Shown here: in pieces, positions 30,930 to 45,947 of the stretch | Layout of the letters: each line of letters starts with the position of its first letter | How positions within the stretch are numbered: the stretch's first letter is position 1 | Assembly (NCBI GenBank): GCA_963695095.1 | Contig: CAVOFT010000001.1 | Coordinates: 128,001 to 192,000, forward strand | Direction: 5' to 3' | Source: an uncultured bacterium | Lineage (GTDB): Bacteria > Krumholzibacteriota > Krumholzibacteriia > JACNKJ01 | DNA: 64,000 bases | The notes under the pieces: generated by a model | The model's database searches: none | What the model was told of the DNA's origin: nothing | Seen by the model: the letters and a program-made list of their open reading frames with translations, nothing else | Position numbers and translations under genes: made by a program

Positions 30930-31299
30930 CGTCGTCCTTGCTCATCGATTCCGATACGAGATCCAACCGGGTCAGCAGTTTCTCGAGTTCGCCGGCAATC
31001 TCCTGGCACTTGCAGCCTTCGATGCCGGCACGGGCGATCAGGATGTAGGCCCCCCGCGGGCGGAGCCTGCCCAATTGGGTACGAAACGCTTCCCTGAGGA
31101 GCCGCTTGGCGCGATTGCGGCAGACCGCCCCACCGACCTTGCGGCTGGCGACGACGGCGACAGCAAGGCGCCCTTCTGGCTCACCGTAGAAGAGGATCAG
31201 CCGCCGACCGACGGCTTTGCGGCCCCTGGCGTAGATTGCCTGGAAGCGCCCCGCCGGGATCTTCTCCGGGCGGGGGCGGCCGATCGACGCCGAGGCCAT
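30919..31299 (-). CDS. rnpA: ribonuclease P protein component
   Basis: RNR motif '[17 protein letters not shown]'; position after rpmH. Confidence 0.93.
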   Translation of the reverse strand: MASASIGRPRPEKIPAGRFQAIYARGRKAVGRRLILFYGEPEGRLAVAVVASRKVGGAVCRNRAKRLLREAFRTQLGRLRPRGAYILIARAGIEGCKCQEIAGELEKLLTRLDLVSESMSKDDDAR

Positions 31300-31316
31300 A
31301 CCGGTAGCCCGGCGGG

Positions 31317-31451
31317 CTAGACGGTCAAGCGCCGACGGCCCTTAGCGCGGCGGGCGCTCAGTACGGCGCGCCCCGCTTTGGTGCTCATGCGCTTGCGAAA
31401 GCCATGCGTGCGCTTGCGCTTGAGGTTGCTCGGCTGGAAGGTCCTTTTCAA
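31317..31451 (-). CDS. rpmH: 50S ribosomal protein L34
   Basis: Not in the ORF track; hand translation from TTG (AGGAGG RBS): [44 protein letters not shown]. Confidence 0.97.
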   Translation of the reverse strand: MKRTFQPSNLKRKRTHGFRKRMSTKAGRAVLSARRAKGRRRLTV

Positions 31452-31574
31452 GGCCATCCTCCTTCTACAAAGTGGCAAGAATTAGAGGGTTGCAGCCAGG
31501 AAGTCAAGAGCAAAAGGCCGCCCCGGGGGGTCGGGGGAAGGCGTGGCCGCGCCGCGAAGCGTCACCCACTGCGT

Positions 31575-31840
31575 AGCTATTTGAAAAATATCGGCTTAGA
31601 ACTTTTTCCACAGGTGGGGGCTTTTTCCATTGAATCGCCCTGCCGGCCTTGCTAGTTTGCGCACTGCCCACACATCCAGGGCAGATAGAGCCTATCTTTT
31701 CCACTGTTTCCCACTCCTCATGAAGTGCCGTGAGCAAAATACCCCCTCCGGGCTGTGGATAACTATGCCCTGGCCTGTGTATATCAATCACAACCCGTTG
31801 TTGTTGAATTGGTTGTGTTGTTTTCCACGGAGTGGATAGC
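31575..31840. other. oriC part 1: DnaA-box cluster upstream of dnaA
   Basis: AT-rich; TTTTCCACA 31604-12, TTTTCCACT 31697-705, TGTGGATAA 31754-62, TGTGTATAT 31776-84, TTTTCCACG 31821-29, AGTGGATAG 31831-39; gene orientation switches here. Confidence 0.85.
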
Positions 31841-31851
31841 GGAGGTCGCGC

Positions 31852-33234
31852 TTGAGAACGACTCACGAACTCGAGGTTGATGCCCTCTGGGGCCAGATCC
31901 TCGAGAGCGTCCGCGGTCAGGTGAACAACCAGTGCTTCCGCACCTGGTTCCTCCCCACTCGGCTCGCGCGGATGGCCGAGCAGACCCTCCACGTCGAGGG
32001 CCCCAACCAGTTCTTCATGGACTGGCTCTCCGAACACCATCGCAGCACGCTCGAGTCCGCGGCCACGGATATCCTCGGCTGGCGCCCGTCGATCGAGTTC
32101 GTGGCGGCCGAAGGCGCCCCGGCGCCCCAGAAGCGAGAGGAACAAGAGGACCGCCGCAACCGCGGCAGCTTCTTCAGGCGCTACTCGCCCCCGGTCGTCA
32201 AGAGCGTCGGTCTACAACTCAATGCGAACTACAGCTTTGAGGAATTCGTGGTGGGCGACAACAACCGGATGGCCCAGGCGGCCAGCTTGGCCATTGCCGA
32301 AAAGCCCGGGCGCGTCTACAACCCGCTGTTCATCTACGGCGGGGTCGGCCTGGGCAAGACGCACCTGGCGCAAGCTATTGCCCATTTCGTCCTCGCCGAG
32401 CACCGCAAGGCCAAGGTCTACTACACCTCGAGCGAGCGCTTCATGACCGAGCTCATCCTGGCGATCCGCCAGGGCAAGACGCTTGAGTTCAAGAACCGCT
32501 ACCGCAGCGTGGACCTGCTCATCATCGACGACATCCAGTTTCTCGCCGGGAAAGAGAGCACCCAGGAGGAGTTCTTCCACACCTTCAACGCTCTCCACGA
32601 TTCCGAGAAGCAGATCGTCGTGACGAGCGATCGGCCGCCCAAGGACATCCGCGAGCTGGAAGAGCGCCTGGTCAGCCGCTTCGAATGGGGGCTGATCACC
32701 GACATCCAGCCGCCCGACCTCGAGACGCGGATGGCGATCCTGCGCAAGAAGACCGAGAAGGACAACATTCCCATCCCGGATGACGTTCTCTTTCTCATTG
32801 CCGAGAGCGTGCGCAACAACATCCGCGAGCTGGAGGGCAGCCTGATTCGCCTGCTCGCCTTTGCCGGCCTCACGAACAACCCCATCGACATCGATCTGGC
32901 GCGAGAGGTTCTCAAGGACTTCATCAAGCGTCAGCCGCGGACGCCGACCATCCAGGACATCCAGAAGCTCGTCGCCGAGTATTTCCACCTCACCCTCGAC
33001 CAACTGAAGTCCGAGAAGCGCAGCAGCCAGATCGTCCTGCCCAGGCAGGTGGCGATCTATCTTTGCCGCGAACTGACGGGCAAGAGCCTGAGCGAGATCG
33101 GCCGTGCCCACGGCGGCCGCGATCACACCACGGTCCTCCACGCCTGCCGCAAGATCGAGCGCCTGGTGCGCGATCCCGGCGAATTGCGCAGCAACGTACT
33201 CGAACTGCAGCAGCGCTTCACACCCATCCCTTGA
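31852..33234 (+). CDS. dnaA: chromosomal replication initiator DnaA
   Basis: 'YNPLFIYGGVGLGKTHL', 'IDDIQFLAGKESTQEEFFHTFN', 'NIRELEG', 'GGRDHTTVLHA'; TTG start with GGAGG. Confidence 0.98.
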   Translation: MRTTHELEVDALWGQILESVRGQVNNQCFRTWFLPTRLARMAEQTLHVEGPNQFFMDWLSEHHRSTLESAATDILGWRPSIEFVAAEGAPAPQKREEQEDRRNRGSFFRRYSPPVVKSVGLQLNANYSFEEFVVGDNNRMAQAASLAIAEKPGRVYNPLFIYGGVGLGKTHLAQAIAHFVLAEHRKAKVYYTSSERFMTELILAIRQGKTLEFKNRYRSVDLLIIDDIQFLAGKESTQEEFFHTFNALHDSEKQIVVTSDRPPKDIRELEERLVSRFEWGLITDIQPPDLETRMAILRKKTEKDNIPIPDDVLFLIAESVRNNIRELEGSLIRLLAFAGLTNNPIDIDLAREVLKDFIKRQPRTPTIQDIQKLVAEYFHLTLDQLKSEKRSSQIVLPRQVAIYLCRELTGKSLSEIGRAHGGRDHTTVLHACRKIERLVRDPGELRSNVLELQQRFTPIP

Positions 33235-33249
33235 GTTGTACAGAGGTGT

Positions 33250-33455
33250 TGTGGATGACCTGTGCACGAAGCAAGCAGCGACCCCGGAGCCCGGATTCCG
33301 GGGGATATCTCCCGCGGCTTTCCACGCTCTGGCTCGCGCTTGGGGATAAGCGAAACGCAGCGACGGCCCGCAAAATAGGGGATTGCCAAGACAGCGCGGT
33401 GGTTTTACACATTACGCACAGCCTCTACTGCAGCAACTACCTTCTTGCTAAAGAA
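33250..33455. other. oriC part 2: DnaA boxes plus DnaA-trio unwinding element
   Basis: TGTGGATGA 33250-58, TGGGGATAA 33341-49, tandem TTTTACACA 33403-11 / TTACGCACA 33412-20, GCC spacer, then CTACTGCAGCAACTAC trio-like run. Confidence 0.85.
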
Positions 33456-33533
33456 TGAAGAAGGGGAACCGATCCGCGCCGAAGGCCCGCGCCCTTGCGC
33501 TGTGCTCCGGTGTCGCGATCAGGAGGTGATGGA

Positions 33534-34646
33534 GTGAAGTTCTCCCTCTCGCAGCCCGAACTGAGCCGCCTCGCCGCACTGGCGGGCAACGTGGTTCCCG
33601 GCAAGTCCACGCTGCCGATTCTCTCGACGCTGCTCATCCGAGCTGAGAAGGACGGCATCACCATAGCGGCCACGGACCTGGACATTTCCATCCAGCTCAA
33701 GGCAGAGGCCGCAGTGGACAAGCCGGGAGCGGTGGCCGTGCCGGCCAGGCGCTTTGCGGAGATCGTACGCAAGCTCGAGGCTGTGGACGTGAAGCTGGAG
33801 ACGGCTGATGGCGCCCTCGGCATCCGCTGCGGGCGCGCGAGCTTCCGCATTCCCACGATGCCGGTGGAGGACTACCCGAAGCTCCCGGAAACCAAGGACA
33901 TCGAGACCTTCGCGGCACCGGCGGGCATTCTCAAGAACATGATCCGGCGCACGCGCTTCGCCGTCTCGACGGACCTGGCCCGGCCTTCCATGAACGGCAT
34001 CTACATGGAGATGGAGACGAAGCGCCTCTCCATGGTGGCCACGGATGGGCACCGCCTCGCCTTCTGCCAGCGGGATCAGGAGCTGCCCGTCAGCGCGAGC
34101 AAGGGCGTGATCCTGCCCGCCAAGGCACTGGATCAGCTCCTGCGCCTGTTGCCGGACGACGGAGACCTGGAGATGGGCATCGGCGAGAGCCAGGCCTTCT
34201 TCCGCACGGGCGGCGTCGCCTTCTTCACGCGACTCATCGAGGGGCCCTTCCCCAACTACCAGCAGGTCATCCCCAAGGGCAACGAACGCCAGATGACCCT
34301 GAACACGGCGAGCTTGCTGGAGGCTACGGATCGGGTTTCGACGCTGGCGGCCAGCCTGGCGACCAAGCAGATCAAGCTGGTGCTGGACAGCGACCAGCTC
34401 GTGCTGGAAGTGGCCAGCGCGGAGATCGGCCAGGCCCGCGAGGAACTCGAGGCCAGTTACGATGGCCAGGGCATGAGCATCGGCTACAACGCCACCTATC
34501 TGCTCGATGTCCTCAAGCACCTTGGCAGCGAGGAGGTGCGCTTCCGCCTGGACCGCCCCGACAACGCGGGCATCATCGAGCCCGGCGAGCAGAGTGCGGG
34601 CGAGCACTACTTCAGCTTGCTGATGCCGCTCAAGCTCAGCGACTGA
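33534..34646 (+). CDS. dnaN: DNA polymerase III beta sliding clamp
   Basis: 'ATDLDI', 'VATDGHRLA', 'RLIEGPFPNYQQVIP', 'YNATYLLD', 'LLMP'; GTG start after AGGAGG. Confidence 0.97.
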   Translation: MKFSLSQPELSRLAALAGNVVPGKSTLPILSTLLIRAEKDGITIAATDLDISIQLKAEAAVDKPGAVAVPARRFAEIVRKLEAVDVKLETADGALGIRCGRASFRIPTMPVEDYPKLPETKDIETFAAPAGILKNMIRRTRFAVSTDLARPSMNGIYMEMETKRLSMVATDGHRLAFCQRDQELPVSASKGVILPAKALDQLLRLLPDDGDLEMGIGESQAFFRTGGVAFFTRLIEGPFPNYQQVIPKGNERQMTLNTASLLEATDRVSTLAASLATKQIKLVLDSDQLVLEVASAEIGQAREELEASYDGQGMSIGYNATYLLDVLKHLGSEEVRFRLDRPDNAGIIEPGEQSAGEHYFSLLMPLKLSD

Positions 34647-34652
34647 GCGGCG

Positions 34653-35750
34653 GTGCGCTACCTCGAACTGCGTGCGGAGGGCTTCCGCAATCTCGCCGTC
34701 TGCCGCCTCGAGTTCCACCCGGCCGTGAACTTCATCCATGGCGCCAACGGCCAGGGAAAGACGAACCTCATCGAGGCGCTGCTGTACCCGATCAGCGGGC
34801 GCAGCCATCGGCTGGCCCGCGACGAGGAGCTCATCGCCTTTGGCGGCGAGCACTTTCATCTGGCCGCCACGCTGGCGGATGACGGCGGCGGCCAGCGCCG
34901 CTTCTCGGCCGCCTACGGGCGCGGCGCTGTCAAGAAATTGACCATCGACGGCGAGGAGCTGGGGCGGCTGGCCGACCTCATCGGCCTCACCGGCACGGTC
35001 GTCTTCGGCCCCGGGGATGTGGAGCTCGTTGACGGAGAGCCCGAACTCCGTCGCCGCTTTCTCGACTACACCTTCGCCAAGACGGACCCCGCCTACCTGC
35101 GCCAGCTGCTCGAGTACCGGCGTATCCTCAAGCAGCGCAACGCTCTGCTGAAGACGGGTCGCGGCCGCGGCGAGCTCGGGCTCTGGAGCCGCCGCCTCGC
35201 GGCGGCGGGCGCGTCGATTGCCATGACCAGGCGCCGAAGCCTGGTCGATCTGGCCGCCGGGGCCGGCCGCTACTATGGTCAGATCGGGCCCGCCGAGGAG
35301 CTGCTCACGCTCGCCTACCAGGGCCGTCAGCAGGGGGAGGACGAGGCTGCGCTGGAGGCCGCGCTGGCGGCCGCGCTGGCGGCCGCCGAAAACGCTGAGT
35401 GGTTGAAAAAACGAACCTTAGCTGGCCCCCACCTGGACGATATGAGCATTGACATCGGAGGCCGTAATGCCAGAAAATTCGCCTCGCAGGGTCAGAAGCG
35501 CTCTGCCGCCGTGGCCCTGAAGCTGGCCCAGGCGGAGTATCTGGCCAGGGTCCGGCGGGACCGCCCCATCGTCTTCTTGGACGATGTATTCAGCGAACTT
35601 GACGGCAGTCGCCGTGAGAAGCTCTGCCACCTCGTCGGGCAGAATTACCAGACCTTCATCGCCGCACCTCAGGTCGAGGACCTGCGCCGTGAGCTCTTCG
35701 TGGAGTTGAGGCGCTTCGGCCTGGACGGCGGTCGGATTGCGGTGGCCTAG
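34653..35750 (+). CDS. recF: DNA replication/repair protein RecF
   Basis: 'GFRNL', 'GANGQGKTNLIEA', 'GPHLDD', 'ASQGQKR', 'LDDVFSELD'. Confidence 0.95.
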   Translation: MRYLELRAEGFRNLAVCRLEFHPAVNFIHGANGQGKTNLIEALLYPISGRSHRLARDEELIAFGGEHFHLAATLADDGGGQRRFSAAYGRGAVKKLTIDGEELGRLADLIGLTGTVVFGPGDVELVDGEPELRRRFLDYTFAKTDPAYLRQLLEYRRILKQRNALLKTGRGRGELGLWSRRLAAAGASIAMTRRRSLVDLAAGAGRYYGQIGPAEELLTLAYQGRQQGEDEAALEAALAAALAAAENAEWLKKRTLAGPHLDDMSIDIGGRNARKFASQGQKRSAAVALKLAQAEYLARVRRDRPIVFLDDVFSELDGSRREKLCHLVGQNYQTFIAAPQVEDLRRELFVELRRFGLDGGRIAVA

Positions 35751-35776
35751 ACGCCCGAGCGGGCAGGAGCGATGGC

Positions 35777-38045
<2,269 letters not shown>

Positions 38046-38057
38046 AAGGGAAGCGCG

Positions 38058-40697
<2,640 letters not shown>

Positions 40698-40698
40698 C

Positions 40699-41370
40699 GT
40701 GCGCAGTGAGAGCAGCGGCAGCATGCATCGCGGCGCGGGCATCAGCGAGGCCACGGTGCGACGCCTGTCGAACTACTATCGCATTCTCGAGGAACTGGAG
40801 CGCGAGGGCGTGGAGACGGTGGCGAGCGAGGGCCTGGCCGAACGCTACGGCACGACGAGCGCCCAGGTGCGCAAGGACTTCTCCAGCTTCGGCAGCTTCG
40901 GCCGGCGGGGGCTGGGCTATCCCGTGAAGGGCCTGCGCACGGAGATCGGCCACATTCTCGGCATCGACATGGCCTGGCGCCTGGTGCTCGTCGGCGCGGG
41001 CAACCTGGGCCACGCGCTCTTCCACTACGAGGAGTTCCGCCGCCAGAACTTCGGCATCGTGGCCATCTTCGACGCCAATGCCGAGAAGATCGGCAGCCAC
41101 TGGGAGGGCGTGCCGATTCTGCCGCTGGCCCAGCTGCCACGCGTCGTGGCCGAGCGCGACGCCCGCATCGGCGTGATCGCGGTGCCCGCAGCCGCGGGGC
41201 AGGAGGTGGCCGACCAGCTCGTGGCCGCCGGCGTCGAGGGCATCCTCAACTTCGCGCCCGTCAAGCTGCGCGGGGTGGAGAACGTCTTCGTGCGCAACGT
41301 GAACCTCTCGATCGCTCTCGAGAGTCTCAGCTACTCCGTCACCGCCCACCGCAAGCTGGGGCCGCTGTAG
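40699..41370 (+). CDS. rex: redox-sensing transcriptional repressor Rex
   Basis: 'EATVRRLSNYYR', 'QVRKDFSSFGSFGRRGLGY', Rossmann 'VGAGNLG', 'ILNFAP'; GTG start 1 nt after the gyrA stop. Confidence 0.95.
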   Translation: MRSESSGSMHRGAGISEATVRRLSNYYRILEELEREGVETVASEGLAERYGTTSAQVRKDFSSFGSFGRRGLGYPVKGLRTEIGHILGIDMAWRLVLVGAGNLGHALFHYEEFRRQNFGIVAIFDANAEKIGSHWEGVPILPLAQLPRVVAERDARIGVIAVPAAAGQEVADQLVAAGVEGILNFAPVKLRGVENVFVRNVNLSIALESLSYSVTAHRKLGPL

Positions 41371-41377
41371 CCGCAGC

Positions 41378-41866
41378 CTAGTTCGCGATCGGGTAGTTGA
41401 CGCCCTGCGTAACGGGATGCCCCAGCAGGCGGCACATCGCCGCCACCTGCCCCATGTGGTGGTAGATGTGCGTCACCGTGCGCAGGACCACATGGGCCGG
41501 CGCGAGCGGGTGCTCCTTGCCGTCCCAGGTGGTCATCGGTCGCGCGGTGTTCAGCTCCGCGGCCGTGGCGCCCGCCAGGTAACCATCCGTGAACGCGAAC
41601 ACCTCCGCGCGCAGGGCCTCCAGGCTGGGCACGTCCGGGTACTTCTCCGCGTCGTTGTCGGCGTCCATCCGCCCGTGGATCACGCCCACCCAGTAGCGCT
41701 CGGCGGTGAGGGCGTGGTGTAGCTGCAGGCGCAGGGTGCCGTCGCCGAAGCCGTCCATGACGCGGTTCAGCGCTTCGAGATCGAGTTCTCCGCAGTGCGC
41801 GATCAGCTCGGCGAGCTTGCGGTGGGTGCGCTCGTGCAGGTCGCGCAGGCCTTCGGGCGTGTGCAT
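41378..41866 (-). CDS. DinB-family protein
   Basis: 'LHHALTAERYW' and 'HIYHHMGQV' metal-binding His motifs. Confidence 0.85.
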   Translation of the reverse strand: MHTPEGLRDLHERTHRKLAELIAHCGELDLEALNRVMDGFGDGTLRLQLHHALTAERYWVGVIHGRMDADNDAEKYPDVPSLEALRAEVFAFTDGYLAGATAAELNTARPMTTWDGKEHPLAPAHVVLRTVTHIYHHMGQVAAMCRLLGHPVTQGVNYPIAN

Positions 41867-42002
41867 GGCGGCTCCAGGGTCGGTGAGGAGACCGCCAGCA
41901 TAGCGGCCCCGCCCGGGTGCGGCAAGCCGTCCCCTTGTGGCCCTCCGGTCGCTTCCTTCATACTGCCAGCCTCGCTGAGCAACCCCTCACGAAAGGCAAA
42001 CC

Positions 42003-42368
42003 ATGGCGAACAACCCCGTCGTCCACTTCGAGATCGCGGGCAAGGACGGCCCGGCCTTGCGCGACTTCTACAGCAAGCTCTTCGGCTGGCAGTTCAAGCT
42101 CTGGGAGGGCGGCCCCGACTACGGCATGATCGGAGCCGGCGCCGAGAAGAACGCCATCGGCGGCGGCGTGGGCGCCACGCCGCCCGGCATGAAGCCCTAT
42201 GTCACCTTCTACATCGAGGTGGCGGACCTGCAGGCCAGCCTCGACATGGCCACGAAGCTGGGCGGCAAGGTCGTCCAGCCGCCGACGCCCATTCCCGACA
42301 TGGGCGCCAGCGCCATGTTCACGGATCCGGACGGCAACCTGATCGGCCTCTACAAGGGCAACAAGTAG
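42003..42368 (+). CDS. VOC/glyoxalase-family protein
   Basis: 'PVVHFEIAG', 'FYSKLFGW', 'FYIEVADL', 'FTDPDGNLIGL'. Confidence 0.9.
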   Translation: MANNPVVHFEIAGKDGPALRDFYSKLFGWQFKLWEGGPDYGMIGAGAEKNAIGGGVGATPPGMKPYVTFYIEVADLQASLDMATKLGGKVVQPPTPIPDMGASAMFTDPDGNLIGLYKGNK

Positions 42369-42452
42369 GCGAAGGGCGGGGGCCCCGCCCGAGGCCCTCG
42401 CCGCGCCCGCAACGGACCGGCGCTCCGGGCGCCGCTGCCGACAGGAGCGTCG

Positions 42453-43223
42453 ATGTCCCAGCACTTCCTCGTCCGGCTCGATGGCACCCGTCCCGGCTGG
42501 CCGGAGGGCATGACCGAGACCGAGGCGCGCGCGATGAGCGCGCACTTCGTCACCCTGCGCAGGCTGACCTGGGCGGGCAAGTGCCTGCTGGCGGGACCGG
42601 TCTTCGGGGACGGCGGCTTCGGCCTCGTGGTGCTGGAGGTGGAGGACGAGATCGAGGCCCGGGCCATCATGGACGCCGAGCCCTCGGTGGTGGCCGGCGT
42701 GCACACCTACTCGCTGCAGCCCATGGTGGCCTCCCTGCTCGCGGGGCGGCAGCGCTTCCCGGCGGCGCCGATCGCGCGGGCCATCGTGTGCGACGCCGAG
42801 GTGCCGATTTCGCGCGCCGAGGCCTGGCGGGCCTGGACCACGCCGGAGGGGCTCCGGCGCTTCTTTGCCCCGGGGGTGCGGGTGGAACTGCGCCCGGGCG
42901 GGCCCTTCGAGATCCTCTTTCGCGAGGACGGCCCCGAGGGCGAACGCGGCGCCGAAGGTTGCACCGTGCTCGCCTTCGAGCCCGAGCGAATGCTGGCCCT
43001 GAGCTGGAACGCGCCCCCCGAATTCCCCCAGGTGCGTCGCCAGCGCACGCAGGTGATCCTGCACTTCGAGGACGCCGGCCCCGGCCGCACGCGCGTGCGC
43101 CTCGTGAATCACGGCTACGGCGAGGGCGAGGAGTGGGACCGGGCCTTCGCCTACTTCGAGCGCGCCTGGGAGCAGGTCATGGCCAGCTTCGCCAGGGCCC
43201 TCTCCAGAACGGAGGCGCAATGA
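42453..43223 (+). CDS. YciI-like plus SRPBCC (Aha1-like) fusion protein
   Basis: N-terminal 'MSAHF...LLAGPV...GFGLVVLE'; C-terminal 'AWRAWTTPEGL..FF...LSWNAPP...TRVRLVNHG'. Confidence 0.75.
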   Translation: MSQHFLVRLDGTRPGWPEGMTETEARAMSAHFVTLRRLTWAGKCLLAGPVFGDGGFGLVVLEVEDEIEARAIMDAEPSVVAGVHTYSLQPMVASLLAGRQRFPAAPIARAIVCDAEVPISRAEAWRAWTTPEGLRRFFAPGVRVELRPGGPFEILFREDGPEGERGAEGCTVLAFEPERMLALSWNAPPEFPQVRRQRTQVILHFEDAGPGRTRVRLVNHGYGEGEEWDRAFAYFERAWEQVMASFARALSRTEAQ

Positions 43224-45715
43224 GCACAGAGCGCCCTGATGAGCAGCCCACCCGCCATCTCGACCCCGCATCCTCGGGCGACGAGGAGACCCTCGTCCAG
43301 GCCGCCGCCGCGGCCGCCCCGGCGGGCCGGCGGCTGCCGAGCAGCATCGGCGAGTACCGCGTCGTCGGCATCCTCGGCGAGGGCGGCATGGGCATCGTCT
43401 ACGAGGCCGAGCAGCCCTCGCCGAGGCGGCTGGTCGCCCTCAAGGTCGTGCGCGGTGCCGAGCTGGTCGACGAGCTGCGCCTCAAGCTCTTCGAGCGCGA
43501 AGCGACCACGCTGGCCCGCCTGGATCACCCCAACATCGGCAAGATCTATCAGTCCGGGCGCACGGACGAGGGCCGCCACTTCTTCGCGATGGAGCTGGTG
43601 CGGGGCCCCGACCTGGCGGCCTGGCTCGCCGCGCGGCCCGCGCGGCCCGATCGCGCGGAGATCGAGCTGCGCCTGCGGCTCTTCCGGCAGATCTGCGACG
43701 CCGTGCAGTACGCCCACCAGCGCGGGGTCATCCACCGGGACCTGAAGCCCTCGAACCTCATCGTCACCGAGGCGGTCGCTTCCGGCACCGGCTCCGAGGT
43801 GCTGCCGCCCCTGATGGTCAAGATCCTCGACTTCGGCCTGGCCCGGATCACGGAGGAGGACGTCGCGGCGACGCAGGTCACCGAGGTGGGGGTCATCAAG
43901 GGCACCCTGCCCTACATGGCCCCCGAGCAGGCCCGCGGCGAGGTCGGCGCCATCGACGTGCGCACGGACGTCTACGCGCTCGGCGTCATTCTGTACGAGC
44001 TGCTGACCGGCCGCCGCCCCTACGCGATCGATGCGGGCTCCCTGCTCACGGCGGTGCGGGTGATCTGCGAGCAGGCGCCGCGGCCGCTGGCCGCCGAGTG
44101 GCGGGCCTCGCTGCGCCTGGATCCCGACCTGGCCACGATCGCGGCGACGGCGCTGGAGAAGGACCCCGACCGCCGCTACGCCAGCGCGGCCGCCTTCAGC
44201 GAGGACGTCGGGCGCTTCCTCGGCTCGCAGCCGATTCTCGCCCGGCCGCCGAGCACCATGTACCAGATCAGGAAGCTGGTGGCCCGGCGCAAGCCGCTCT
44301 TCGCGACGGCCGCCGCCGCGCTGCTGCTCCTGATCGTGGCCGCGATCGGCCTGAGCGTCCTCTACCTGCGCTCGGAGGCCAACCTGTCGCGCGCCCTCGA
44401 GGCCGAGCGGCTGGCGCGGCGCGAAGAGGCCACCGCCGAGCGCAGCTCCAGCTTCCTCGTCGAGCTCTTCGAGCAGGCCAATCCGGAGCGCACGCGCGGC
44501 GAGACGGTGACGGCGCGCGCCGTCCTCGACGAGGGCGCGCGGCGCGTCAGCGAGGAGCTGGCCGGCGAGCCCGAGATGAAGGCCCGCCTGATGTTCACCC
44601 TCGCCCAGGTCTATCTCAGCCTCGGCATCGACACGGAGGCGCGGCGCCTCGCGGAGGCTGCGCTCGACCTGCGCCGCACCCGGCTGACCGCGGGAGATCT
44701 CGACATCGCCGCCAGCGTCCACCAGCTGGCGCGCGTGCTCGAGGCGCAGGGCAAGCCGGGCGAGGCCAAGGCCGGCTTCCAGGAGGCGATCGGGCTCTAC
44801 GAAGCGGCGGGCGAGCGCGGGCGCGAGGGCCTCATCGACGCGCTGGGCAATTACGGCTGGATGCTCGGCCAGTACGGCGAGCTCGGCGAGGCCGGCGCGG
44901 CCATCGACCGGGCCCTGGCCCTCGTGGAAGGCGAGCAGCCGGTCGACGAGGAGCGCCTGCTCAGCCTGCTCAACAACCAGGCCAGCATCAAGACGGACGG
45001 AAACGAGCCGGAGGCCGCGCTGGCGATCCTCGACCGGGCCCTCGCGCTGAGCCGGCGCCTCCATGGCGAGACCCACCACGAGACCGCCAACGTGCTCACG
45101 AACCTCCACGTGGCCAACTCGATCGCCGGCCGCCGCGAGGAAGCCGGCAAGCAGGCCGTCGCGGCCCTGGCCATCTACAAGGCGATCTACGGGGACGTGC
45201 ACCCCATGGTGGCCCGCGGCCTGGGCAACGTCGGCATCGGCCTCGCGCAGCAGGGCCGGCGGGACGAGGCCAGGCCCTACTTCGAGGCCGTCCTGGAGAC
45301 CCAGATCAAGCTCCAGGGCCCCGAGCACCCAGCAGTCGGCCAGAGCCTGATGAACCTGGGCCTGCTCAAGCTGGAGTCGGGGGATGCTCGGGCGGCGATC
45401 GTGGACCTCGAGCAGGCGGTGCGCATCCACGAGAAGGTCGCCCCCGAGGGCAGCCCCTCGCTCTCGATGTCGCTCTATCACCTGGGGATCGCGCGCCATC
45501 AGCGCGGCGAGGCGGCGGAGGCTCGCCGGCTCCTGCGGCGAACCCTGGCCATGGACGAGAAGATGTACGGCCCGGACTCGCCGGACGTGGCCGACGATCT
45601 CGAGGCGCTGGTGAGCATCGAACGCGACCTGGGCGCCACCGCCGAGGCCGCGCGGCTCGAAGCGCGAATGCTGGCGATCCGGGCGCAGGCTGCGGCCGCG
45701 GTACCCGAGGGTTGA
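43220..45715 (+). CDS. membrane Ser/Thr protein kinase with TPR repeats
   Basis: 'LGEGGMGIVY', 'VALK', 'HRDLKPSN', 'DFG', 'GTLPYMAPEQ', one TM, then kinesin-light-chain-like TPRs. Confidence 0.95.
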   Translation: MSTERPDEQPTRHLDPASSGDEETLVQAAAAAAPAGRRLPSSIGEYRVVGILGEGGMGIVYEAEQPSPRRLVALKVVRGAELVDELRLKLFEREATTLARLDHPNIGKIYQSGRTDEGRHFFAMELVRGPDLAAWLAARPARPDRAEIELRLRLFRQICDAVQYAHQRGVIHRDLKPSNLIVTEAVASGTGSEVLPPLMVKILDFGLARITEEDVAATQVTEVGVIKGTLPYMAPEQARGEVGAIDVRTDVYALGVILYELLTGRRPYAIDAGSLLTAVRVICEQAPRPLAAEWRASLRLDPDLATIAATALEKDPDRRYASAAAFSEDVGRFLGSQPILARPPSTMYQIRKLVARRKPLFATAAAALLLLIVAAIGLSVLYLRSEANLSRALEAERLARREEATAERSSSFLVELFEQANPERTRGETVTARAVLDEGARRVSEELAGEPEMKARLMFTLAQVYLSLGIDTEARRLAEAALDLRRTRLTAGDLDIAASVHQLARVLEAQGKPGEAKAGFQEAIGLYEAAGERGREGLIDALGNYGWMLGQYGELGEAGAAIDRALALVEGEQPVDEERLLSLLNNQASIKTDGNEPEAALAILDRALALSRRLHGETHHETANVLTNLHVANSIAGRREEAGKQAVAALAIYKAIYGDVHPMVARGLGNVGIGLAQQGRRDEARPYFEAVLETQIKLQGPEHPAVGQSLMNLGLLKLESGDARAAIVDLEQAVRIHEKVAPEGSPSLSMSLYHLGIARHQRGEAAEARRLLRRTLAMDEKMYGPDSPDVADDLEALVSIERDLGATAEAARLEARMLAIRAQAAAAVPEG

Positions 45716-45947
45716 GGCCTGGGCCCGTTCTACCGGGAGCCGTCCTCGAGGGTGATCAGCCCGCGGCGTCAACTCGGGGCCGGGCTCCGTCTCCGTCTCG
45801 CCTCGGACGCGCCGTACGAGACGCGGCACCTGGACAACGTTCACGATGCGAACTTCGCCACGGCACTCGAGCTGGGCAGGCGGCTGGACCTGCGCTACCG
45901 GCGGACGAAGCGATCTTCGCCGAGATCAGCCGACTGCTCGCCGGCGC

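Noticed and set aside
41795..43219. 1306-aa kinase ORF with a long N-terminal extension
   Set aside because: The extension overlaps the VOC and YciI-SRPBCC genes in another frame; the real start is ATG 43220 behind GGAGG
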